A stretch of 11,022 nucleotides of DNA. It comes from an uncultured Gemmatimonadota bacterium. Lineage in GTDB: Bacteria; SM23-81. Below the pieces are notes generated by a model. The model worked only from the letters and a program-made list of their open reading frames with translations, made no database searches and was not told the origin of the DNA. Of this stretch, positions 1 to 7,213 are shown one piece after another; within the stretch, counting starts at the first letter, position 1; every line of letters begins with the position of its first letter. The translations under genes were made by a program, and so were the position numbers. The stretch is taken from NCBI GenBank assembly GCA_964584035.1, contig CAZOYL010000089.1:1-11022 (forward strand). The letters run 5' to 3'.

Positions 1-16
1 GAACGAATTCGTTCAT
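1..16 (-). CDS. Possible start of the next downstream gene (MNEFV...), overlapping the tail of the fusion gene
   Basis: The minus strand reads AAAGGATAGAGG-ATG AAC GAA TTC GTT C, a purine-rich SD-like stretch before an ATG at 16. Only 5 codons are visible. Confidence 0.3.
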
Positions 17-2276
17 CCTCTATCCTTTCGCTTCCACCGATGATACTGGATGGCCGCGCATTCTGGGAGCCTGCAGCATTCATCTCCAAATCCCGGGCCC
101 CGCTGCCGCCAAACCTGACGATGCGCCAAAGGCTTTTCCATAGAATCTGGATGTCGAGTATCAGTGATTGATTCCGCAGGTAGTAAATCTCCAGCTCATC
201 CACCTCTTCAGGGGTCAAGTTCTCACGTTGATGAATCTGAACAATTCCCGTTAAACCGGATTTGATGACCCTGGATTTCGGGCTCAGGGTATCTCTCGGC
301 TGTGGCCCTACCAGGCTGATATCTCCCTTGAGCACAGACAACAGCAGCGGCCATCGATCCAGAGACCAGCGATAATGAAAGCGGTGAAACCAATTCCACC
401 CACCGGGATGCTCGATCTCGATCTGCCGGGTCCGCCATCTCATCGGGCGGCCGCTCTTGGAGCCCATCATCCTCTCGGTATACCGATAGCGTGCGGGATG
501 CGCGCGGTGAAAAAGGGCCCACAGACCGGCCGGGAAAGCGGTCAGAACCAGTAAAAGGGACGCTATCGATACATCACCAACCCGCTTCACCACCCGGTTC
601 CAGGGCAGCAGTGGGCGGTAGCGTATCTCCACCAGAGGAATATCATCGATATGGTCGATCTGCGCCCCGCCGATCATGACCTCATACGGGCTGGGAACCA
701 GCTTCACATGAACTCGGTACTCCGCGCAGGCAGACACCAGCTCGAGGATATCGGCATAGGACTGCGACGAGCTGGTGACGATGATCTCCTGTATTCTCTG
801 GCGCTCCACGATATCGGCCAGATCCTTCATCCCGCCGAGAACGGGAAGCCCAGACAGACTCTGTGGTTGTTCACCGGGCTGGCTTCGTACGAAACCCACC
901 ACCCGGCTTCCCAGATCGAGACGCCTCCTGAGTCGACGGACGATGGATGCACCGGCCTGATCGGCTCCCACCACCACGGCACGGCGAAAGGTCAACGACT
1001 GGCCCATGGCCGTTCGGGCCAGAAGTCGCAGCAATCCCCGCCATCCAATGATGAAGATCAGATTGAACAGGTAGCTGGTCAGGATGACGATGCGTGAGAA
1101 AGCATACTCTTTCTTGAAATAGGTCAGGGTGGAAATGAGTAAAAAACCCAGGGTGACGGCCCAGAAAGCCTGAGTGAGCGAATCCCGCCTGCGATCATAG
1201 AGCCCCAGCGCCCATAAACTGGCCACCCAGATGAGCGTACAGATTCCGTGGATCAACAGATAAGAGGAAAGGTTCCAGAACGGCGGAAGCGAAATAATTT
1301 CTCCAAAACGCAGCAGAATGGCGGCCAGCAGGGCTGCATTGACCAGCAAGACATCCAATATCACCCGGAACGAGCGGCGCATGAACTGCCCGACGAAGGA
1401 GAGGGCCGCCCTCAGGGTGATGCCCAGGACAAGAAACCAGTGTAAAAAAAACAGATACCGGGGTCGAAGGTGTTTTTTAACAAAAATATACATGGCCCGG
1501 TAGAAATCGATCACCGTGCTGGTACTGCTCTCGGTACTCTTTCCTTTGTAGTGGATGATCTGGGTCGTGGGCACATAATAAATTTTCCAGGAAGCCCTCT
1601 TGATCCGGTAGCACAGATCCAGGTCCTCTCCGTACATGAAGTATTCTTCATCGAACAGTCCAACCTGCTCAAGTGCCTGACGGCGCAGGAAAAGAAATGA
1701 ACCCGAGAGTGCATCCACCTCCGCGCTGCGATCCTGGTCCAGATAGGTGAGGTTGTATTTTCCGAAGAGACGGCTGTTGGGAAATAACCGGCTCAATCCC
1801 AGAATCTTGCTCAGCGCTACCCATGGAGTCGGAAAACTACGCCGGCAGGACAGCTGCAGCGTCCCATCGGGATTGAGGATCTTACAGCCGGCAGCACCGG
1901 CTTGGGGATGTGCTGACATGAAATCCAGCAGTGCCGCCAGGGTATCTTCCCGGGCCAGGGTATCGGGATTGATGAGCAGCAGGTAGCGCCCTTGGGCGAC
2001 GCGCATGGCCTGATTATTGGCCCCTGAAAATCCTCTGTTGACCTCATTCTCAATCAGCCGGACCCGGGGAAACTGTTTCCGGACCATCCCGGCGCTTCCA
2101 TCGCGAGAGGCATTGTCGACGACGATGATCTCTACCGACATCCCCTGGCTGGCTTTTTCCAGCGAATGAAGACATTGCCGCAGGAAATCCCTGACGTTAT
2201 AACTGACGACGATGACCGAGATATCCCCGGTGATCGATTCATCAAATGGAGAGACGTCCCTGGCCTTTGCAACCAT
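1..2276 (-). CDS. Multidomain GT2 (WbbL-like) / membrane / Rossmann-like / degenerate sugar-phosphate transferase (Bac_transf, WcaJ/WbaP-like) fusion protein; 3' end runs off the window (>=758 aa)
   Basis: Not in the ORF track; translated by hand. ATG at 2276 (GAGG upstream, 6 nt after the 2283 stop), frame open to position 1. N-terminal GT2 motifs: ISVIVVSYN, IIVVDNASRDGS, NRGFSGANNQA, LLINPDT, DALSGSFL, FDEEYFMYGEDLDLCYR. Several hydrophobic segments at about 1010-1450. Then RRAVVVGADQAG...VVGFV...LPVLG...IQEIIV...VKLVP...IPLVEI. C-terminal KRVGDVSIA...VLKGDISLVGPQP...IKSGLTGIVQ...EIYYLRNQSLILDIQILWKS. Confidence 0.9.
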   Translation of the reverse strand, partial: MVAKARDVSPFDESITGDISVIVVSYNVRDFLRQCLHSLEKASQGMSVEIIVVDNASRDGSAGMVRKQFPRVRLIENEVNRGFSGANNQAMRVAQGRYLLLINPDTLAREDTLAALLDFMSAHPQAGAAGCKILNPDGTLQLSCRRSFPTPWVALSKILGLSRLFPNSRLFGKYNLTYLDQDRSAEVDALSGSFLFLRRQALEQVGLFDEEYFMYGEDLDLCYRIKRASWKIYYVPTTQIIHYKGKSTESSTSTVIDFYRAMYIFVKKHLRPRYLFFLHWFLVLGITLRAALSFVGQFMRRSFRVILDVLLVNAALLAAILLRFGEIISLPPFWNLSSYLLIHGICTLIWVASLWALGLYDRRRDSLTQAFWAVTLGFLLISTLTYFKKEYAFSRIVILTSYLFNLIFIIGWRGLLRLLARTAMGQSLTFRRAVVVGADQAGASIVRRLRRRLDLGSRVVGFVRSQPGEQPQSLSGLPVLGGMKDLADIVERQRIQEIIVTSSSQSYADILELVSACAEYRVHVKLVPSPYEVMIGGAQIDHIDDIPLVEIRYRPLLPWNRVVKRVGDVSIASLLLVLTAFPAGLWALFHRAHPARYRYTERMMGSKSGRPMRWRTRQIEIEHPGGWNWFHRFHYRWSLDRWPLLLSVLKGDISLVGPQPRDTLSPKSRVIKSGLTGIVQIHQRENLTPEEVDELEIYYLRNQSLILDIQILWKSLWRIVRFGGSGARDLEMNAAGSQNARPSSIIGGSERIEDERIR

Positions 2277-2282
2277 TGGCCC

Positions 2283-2996
2283 TCACAGTTTTCTGAACAG
2301 ACTCATCAACCTCAGACGCCAGACCATGAAGACGGCCTCGTGAACGATCTTTTTGGACATCTTGGAATGTCCCTTTCTGCGCTCATAGAAAATAATAGGG
2401 ATCTCAGAGATTCGGAATCCCTTTTTCCAGCATTTGAAGGTCATCTCGATCTGGAAAGAATAACCGTCCGACTTGACATCGTCCAGATCGATGCTCTCCA
2501 GCGCCTGGCGTCGAAAACATTTAAATCCGCCGGTGGCGTCTCTAACCGGCAATCCGGTGATCACTCTGGTGTATACGTTGGCAAAATAACTCAACAGCAA
2601 TCGAGACATGGGCCAGTTGATGACGTTGACGCCCTGCACGTAGCGAGAACCCAGGACGACATCGAATTGGCGTGCTTTTTCCAGGAATAACGGTATATAA
2701 CTGGGGTCGTGGGAGAAATCAGCATCCATTTCGAAAACCAGATCGTAGTCCCGCTCGATGGCAAATTGAAATCCCCGAATGTAGGCCGATCCAAGGCCCA
2801 GTTTTCCCTGTCTGTGGATGACGTGAACCCGTTTATCTCCTTTGGACAGACGATCGGCGATCTCTCCGGTGCCATCAGGAGAAGCATCATCGACAACCAA
2901 TATTTCGATGTCATGTTCCAGTCCCAAAACATCTTCGACCAGGGACTCCAGATTATCCTTTTCATTATAGGTCGGAATGATGATCAGGGATTTCAC
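2283..2996 (-). CDS. Polyprenol monophosphomannose synthase-like GT2 (Ppm1/DPM1 family), 237 aa
   Basis: Motifs IIPTYNE, VVDDASPDGT, GKLGLGSAY, EMDADFSH (DxD), GSRY, DATGGFK, GYSFQIE, EIPIIFYERRKGHSKMS. GTG start with GGAGG at 3001-3005 and a GTGA overlap with the rmlD stop. Mannose as the donor sugar is inferred from the family. Confidence 0.92.
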   Translation of the reverse strand: MKSLIIIPTYNEKDNLESLVEDVLGLEHDIEILVVDDASPDGTGEIADRLSKGDKRVHVIHRQGKLGLGSAYIRGFQFAIERDYDLVFEMDADFSHDPSYIPLFLEKARQFDVVLGSRYVQGVNVINWPMSRLLLSYFANVYTRVITGLPVRDATGGFKCFRRQALESIDLDDVKSDGYSFQIEMTFKCWKKGFRISEIPIIFYERRKGHSKMSKKIVHEAVFMVWRLRLMSLFRKL

Positions 2997-3916
2997 AGGT
3001 CCTCCATTTCACCCATCGGTAACTGTATTTTCATGATGGTCAAACCCTCCTGGGCACCGACCATCTCGAAATCGAGCCTGCCAACCGTTTCTTCCACCCT
3101 CAGGCCGCCCCAATGGGGGCGAGCCGCTCTCTGCGAGAGCAGAGAAGAAAGCACCGGTGTGATGAGCTCATGATTCAATTCGAAAATCCGGGCAATCTTG
3201 AGGGCGAACGCCCAGCGGCTCATGTAATCGGTCCCGGCGATGTGATACAGCCCCTGGTGATTTCCCGATAACAGTGCCAGGATGCCGGCAGCCAGGTTAT
3301 CGGCCAGTGTCGGATTACCATATTGATCGATAGCTGCCCGGATATATTTCCCGGCTGCCAGATGCGAATAGACCCATAAGGCGAAGTTCGCCCTGACACC
3401 CCGGGCCCATCCATAGAGCACATTGGTTCGCACCACCGCCCAGCGCAGACCACTGGCGGTCAGCAATCGCTCGCTCTCCAGCTTGGTGGTGCCGTAGAAT
3501 CCCAGCGGGCAAGGTTTGCTATCCTCACTGTAGGGACCTTCTTCACCATCGAAGACATAATCGGAGGAGATTTGAACCAACGCGGCTCCGACTCGCTGAC
3601 ATCCCTCCATGAGATGCCTGACCCCTTCGACATTAATGGCCCAGGCCAGGTCCCTTTCCTTCTCGCAGGCATCGACATTGGTCAGCGCCGCGGTGTTGAC
3701 CACGGCTGCCGGTGTGCATCCGGCGATCGCCTGCAACACTTTTTCCCTTTGGGTAATATCCACGGGAAGATATTGATCGCAGATCGTCAGGGAATGTTCC
3801 GACCGATCCAGACCCACCGTTCGATAGGTCTGCCGGGCCGCCATGATCAGCTTTTGCCCAAGCAAACCGTTGCAGCCAGTCACCAGCAGGGTCGGCTTGG
3901 CTCCCCCTGAGCTCAT
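2993..3916 (-). CDS. rmlD: dTDP-4-dehydrorhamnose reductase (extended SDR), 307 aa
   Basis: LLVTGCNGLLG (GxxGxxG), NTAALTNVDACE, ISSDYVFDG, PYSEDSKPCPLGFYGTTK (YxxxK), DQYGNPT, GLYHIAG, ARP. Start moved from 4153 to ATG 3916 because of GGAGG at 3927-3931 and an ATGA overlap with the yfhO-like stop. Confidence 0.88.
   Translation of the reverse strand: MSSGGAKPTLLVTGCNGLLGQKLIMAARQTYRTVGLDRSEHSLTICDQYLPVDITQREKVLQAIAGCTPAAVVNTAALTNVDACEKERDLAWAINVEGVRHLMEGCQRVGAALVQISSDYVFDGEEGPYSEDSKPCPLGFYGTTKLESERLLTASGLRWAVVRTNVLYGWARGVRANFALWVYSHLAAGKYIRAAIDQYGNPTLADNLAAGILALLSGNHQGLYHIAGTDYMSRWAFALKIARIFELNHELITPVLSSLLSQRAARPHWGGLRVEETVGRLDFEMVGAQEGLTIMKIQLPMGEMEDL
3001..3005 (-). promoter_or_regulatory. 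Shine-Dalgarno (GGAGG) for the Ppm1-like gene
   Basis: GGAGG 4 nt upstream of GTG 2996. Confidence 0.6.
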
Positions 3917-6309
3917 CGTTTCTTTTCCTCCGGTTGCTTCTTCCGGCGGGGGCCGGACCCTCTGGTCCCGGTAACGACCAGCACAACGGCGATGCCGCTG
4001 AGAAACAACAGGCTGGTCCACAGCCCCAGGCGAAAGGTGCGGGGGTGAAACTCCATTTCCACGCGATGTTCGCCGGCGGGCAGACGAACGGCCCTCAGCA
4101 GGCCGTCGGCCTTGAGGATCTCTGCCGGCTGATCGTCCACCGAAGCCTTCCAACCGGCCGGATAATAGATCTCGCTGAACACCAGCAGGCCTGCTGATGC
4201 GGTGCCGGTCTGCGCGACCATCCGGTGGGGCGAATATTCCGTGATGTCGACTTGCTCCTCCCCCCCCGGTCCCGGGTCGAATTCCGGGTCCTTCTCCAGA
4301 ATGACCGTTTCCCGGGGGTTGAACTCCTTCGAGGCCAGACGCCGGAAGGCCTCCTCTTCAACTGCCAGGATCTCATATTCGTGGACCACGAAGGCCCTCG
4401 GCAGAGCCATGCGGTTGCGATAGACCTTTCCGGAGGTGTTCTCAAAGACCATCTCGAACCGGGAGTGATCGATCTGTCGTTCGGTAATGACATATTTGAC
4501 GTTCAACAGATCCATCAGGTTGGGATTGCCCAAACCCACCTGCTCCATGGCCCGCTGGTAGATGCCCAGCTTGGCCGGGTGATAGCCGCCCACCGAGCTG
4601 ATGTCATAATAGGCATACTCGTTGGACGACACCTGTTCCAACGGAAGGATCCGGAACAGGGTCCGGTCGTTCTGCAGAAAGCGGATCACATCGTCCCGCC
4701 GTTGGCGGTAGAAGGTCTGTTCATAGCCCCGGCGCTGATCGAACTTGATCACCTTGAGGTCGATCCAGAAGAAATCCAGCAGCAACAGCGCGATCACCAG
4801 GGTTATCAAGGCCGGGCGCTTAAGCCTTCCGCCGAAATAAAGGGCCACGATCACGGAAATAACGGCTAGAAAAAGTAAAAACTTCCACAGATCACCGAAG
4901 AATAGCGAGAAGCGCTGCCGGTCGATTTGTGAACGAACCTGCGGCGAGAGCTGCCCGTATCGTCCCATGGCGGCATCCGCGCTGTCGTAGATGCCGGATA
5001 GGCTCTTGGACATCGGTCCGTGCGCTAGCGTCAGCACAACGCCGATGCCGATGGCCACCACGGCGATCACCAGCAGCCGCCTGGCCGTTCTTTTCCTGCG
5101 CTTCGAGCTTCGATCCTTCTTGTCCCCCGCGGAAGCCTCCAGCAGGGCCTGCAGTCCAAAACCGGCCAGGACCGCCACGCAGAAGAACAGGACCATGAGG
5201 ATCATGGCGGGGACGCGGAATTTATCGAAGAAGGGCAGCAGCACGTACATGGGTTTATACAACAGAGGCAGATACCGACCGAAAGAGACCACCACGGCCA
5301 GGCATCCGGCCCCGGCGAAAAACAGGGTTACGCGATTGCGCCGGAAAAGCAGAGCCCAGACGGCCAGGAAGAGGGCCACCACGCCCAGGTAGTTGGGACA
5401 ATGAGTGAAGGGCATATATCCCCAGTAGGTCTGCCCTCCGAAGCCCATGAAAGAGGGGATCACGAAGGTAAGCATCTCCCCGGGGTGCAGCGACCACTGG
5501 GTGGCGAATTGGTAGGCCGATTGCGGATCTCCCGAGGCCCGGGCCGAGAACGGCGTGTACTCGTAAACCGACAGCAGCAGCAAGGCCGCTACCCCCAGCC
5601 CAGTGACGAAGGCGCCGGTCAGCCAGGCGCCGCCGCCCAGCGCCCAGCGCAGCCCGCCCTTCTCCCTGAAATCGGCGATAACCTGGTGAACAAACCAGAG
5701 GGCCATCAAGAGCCAGGTATAATAGACGATCTGGAGATGATTGGCCATCATCTGAAATCCGATGAACAGGCCGGCCAGAGCCAAAGAAGCGATATCGCGT
5801 CGTTCAAACAGTCTCTTGACCAGATAGAAGACGGCCGGGATATACATGATGGTGATGATCCGGTTGCCGTGCTCCAGAGAGGCCACCATGGGACTGAAGA
5901 CAAACACGGCCGCGGCCGCGAAGGCGCTGGACCGGGCCAGCCGATAGGAACGCATCAATAAATAGGTGAACAGGCCGCCGACGAAGAAATGAACGATCTT
6001 GTAGTTCAGAAAATGAAGGCCGAATTGGTCCAGGTAGTGCAGCAGGATCCTGGCCGGATAGACGAACAGGTCGAAGGACATGCTGGCGAAAAAGGGCATG
6101 CCGGAGAAGATGTGCGGGAACCAGAGCGGATAATGCCCGCTCTCCAGCTGCTCGAATCCGTACTTCAGGAACACCGCCCCCTGGGCGATGGTGTCGGCCG
6201 AGACGAACATCTTGCCGAAGAAAGCTACCTCCCGGTAGAGAAACAGCACCAGGACATAGAGCAGTACCAGCCATGCCAGATCCTTTTTCCATTCTCCCCT
6301 AGACGACAT
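3913..6309 (-). CDS. YfhO-family polytopic membrane protein (GT-C fold glycosyltransferase using a lipid-linked donor), ~798 aa
   Basis: N-terminal TM helix, then a loop with an Asp (VSAD39T) and YPLWFPHIFSGMPF; many TM helices; HLQIVYY, YWGYMPFT, KFRVP; a large soluble region with GGYHPAKL, NVKY, ALPRAF, FSEIYYPAGWKA, LPAGEHRVEMEF; final TM helix with a basic tail. Start moved from 6486 to ATG 6309 (AAGGGAG at 6319-6325, 4 nt after the methyltransferase stop). Confidence 0.88.
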   Translation of the reverse strand: MSSRGEWKKDLAWLVLLYVLVLFLYREVAFFGKMFVSADTIAQGAVFLKYGFEQLESGHYPLWFPHIFSGMPFFASMSFDLFVYPARILLHYLDQFGLHFLNYKIVHFFVGGLFTYLLMRSYRLARSSAFAAAAVFVFSPMVASLEHGNRIITIMYIPAVFYLVKRLFERRDIASLALAGLFIGFQMMANHLQIVYYTWLLMALWFVHQVIADFREKGGLRWALGGGAWLTGAFVTGLGVAALLLLSVYEYTPFSARASGDPQSAYQFATQWSLHPGEMLTFVIPSFMGFGGQTYWGYMPFTHCPNYLGVVALFLAVWALLFRRNRVTLFFAGAGCLAVVVSFGRYLPLLYKPMYVLLPFFDKFRVPAMILMVLFFCVAVLAGFGLQALLEASAGDKKDRSSKRRKRTARRLLVIAVVAIGIGVVLTLAHGPMSKSLSGIYDSADAAMGRYGQLSPQVRSQIDRQRFSLFFGDLWKFLLFLAVISVIVALYFGGRLKRPALITLVIALLLLDFFWIDLKVIKFDQRRGYEQTFYRQRRDDVIRFLQNDRTLFRILPLEQVSSNEYAYYDISSVGGYHPAKLGIYQRAMEQVGLGNPNLMDLLNVKYVITERQIDHSRFEMVFENTSGKVYRNRMALPRAFVVHEYEILAVEEEAFRRLASKEFNPRETVILEKDPEFDPGPGGEEQVDITEYSPHRMVAQTGTASAGLLVFSEIYYPAGWKASVDDQPAEILKADGLLRAVRLPAGEHRVEMEFHPRTFRLGLWTSLLFLSGIAVVLVVTGTRGSGPRRKKQPEEKKR
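3927..3931 (-). promoter_or_regulatory. Shine-Dalgarno (GGAGG) for rmlD
   Basis: GGAGG 10 nt upstream of ATG 3916. Confidence 0.6.
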
Positions 6310-6313
6310 CGGT

Positions 6314-7213
6314 TTAGTCTCCCTTTTCAGCCGATACCACCATCTTGGTGCCGATGCGCCATCCCATCCTGTCAAGAGGCACAAAAATGAGGGTCTCGAC
6401 GGTGTCCTTGACCGAGCGCAGCAGATCGATGGGCGCATGCTCCAGCAGCCGGCGACCGCTCTTCGGGGCGGAACCTCCCGGCTCATCCCGGCTGGTTCCC
6501 AGGGGCAGCAGCCCCACGGTGGTCATCCGGATACGGCCGAACCCGGCCTTCCGGAGCAACCTCTCGATCGTCCCGGGCTGAAAATAATACCGGTGCAGGC
6601 CATGAAAAATGGACCACCTTTTACCCAGCAGATAACGGGGCAGAGCCCGGACATTGGGCGTCTCGAGATAGAGCAGGCCCCCCGGGCGGAGCAGCTGGTG
6701 AATCCTGTGAACATACCGGTCGGGGCGGGACAGGTGCTCGATGACGTCGAACAGGGTGATGACATCGAACGGGCCGTCCTCGAACGGCGGCAGCGACAGA
6801 AGATCGCCCAGCTCCACCCGCAGACCCAGCTGTCGGCGAGCAAAACGGACAGCCGGTTCAGACACCTCGGTCCCCACGGCCTTCCAGCCTCTGTGGGCGG
6901 CGCTGTGGAGAAAAAAACCCTTAAAGCAGCCCACATCGAGCAGATGGCCGGTCCGGCGGTATCTTTCAAATTTCCGTAACAGCCGGGCTTTATATCGGTC
7001 CAGGCGGGGCAGCAACAGATCCAGCCGGTCCGATTTCTGGCCGTACAACTGTTCGCTGTAGATCCGGGCGACGCTCTCGTCGGTCAGCTGGGGATTGATG
7101 TAGATCAGGCCGCAGCGGGCACAGCGGATATATCGATACCGGTTCTTCGTCCAGAGGGGAACTTCTCGGGTTCCCGGACCGCAGATGGGACATGGGACCG
7201 TGTCCAGGCTCAT
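6314..7213 (-). CDS. Class I SAM-dependent methyltransferase with N-terminal CxxC...CxxC zinc ribbon, 299 aa
   Basis: CPIC...CARCGLIYINP, LLDVGCFKG (motif I), GTEVSE, FDVITLFDVIEHL, LLRPGGLLYLETPN, HRYYF. ATGA overlap with the upstream GT4 stop. Confidence 0.9.
   Translation of the reverse strand: MSLDTVPCPICGPGTREVPLWTKNRYRYIRCARCGLIYINPQLTDESVARIYSEQLYGQKSDRLDLLLPRLDRYKARLLRKFERYRRTGHLLDVGCFKGFFLHSAAHRGWKAVGTEVSEPAVRFARRQLGLRVELGDLLSLPPFEDGPFDVITLFDVIEHLSRPDRYVHRIHQLLRPGGLLYLETPNVRALPRYLLGKRWSIFHGLHRYYFQPGTIERLLRKAGFGRIRMTTVGLLPLGTSRDEPGGSAPKSGRRLLEHAPIDLLRSVKDTVETLIFVPLDRMGWRIGTKMVVSAEKGD
6319..6325 (-). promoter_or_regulatory. Shine-Dalgarno (AAGGGAG) for the yfhO-like gene
   Basis: AAGGGAG 9 nt upstream of ATG 6309. 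Confidence 0.6.

Noticed and set aside
1..14. Palindrome GAACGAATTCGTTC as a LexA (Cheo) box
   Set aside because: The Gram-positive SOS box is GAAC-N4-GTTC; the spacer here is 6 nt and the site lies within coding sequence.
411..424. Short tandem repeat CTCGAT-CTCGAT
   Set aside because: Only about two copies, encoding IEIE; compatible with chance.
223..522. 99-aa minus-strand ORF in the track
   Set aside because: It is an alternative frame inside the 1..2276 gene. I checked the T4 run at 553-556 for a frameshift, and the main frame stays open and carries the Bac_transf motifs.
1817..2053. 78-aa minus-strand ORF
   Set aside because: Out-of-frame shadow within the GT2 domain of the fusion gene.
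3917..4153. 79-aa N-terminal extension of RmlD in the track
   Set aside because: Overlaps the yfhO-like 3' end and is low-complexity; ATG 3916 has an SD and sits just before the GxxGxxG motif.
6310..6486. 59-aa N-terminal extension of the YfhO-like protein
   Set aside because: Overlaps the methyltransferase gene; ATG 6309 has an SD and precedes the first TM helix.
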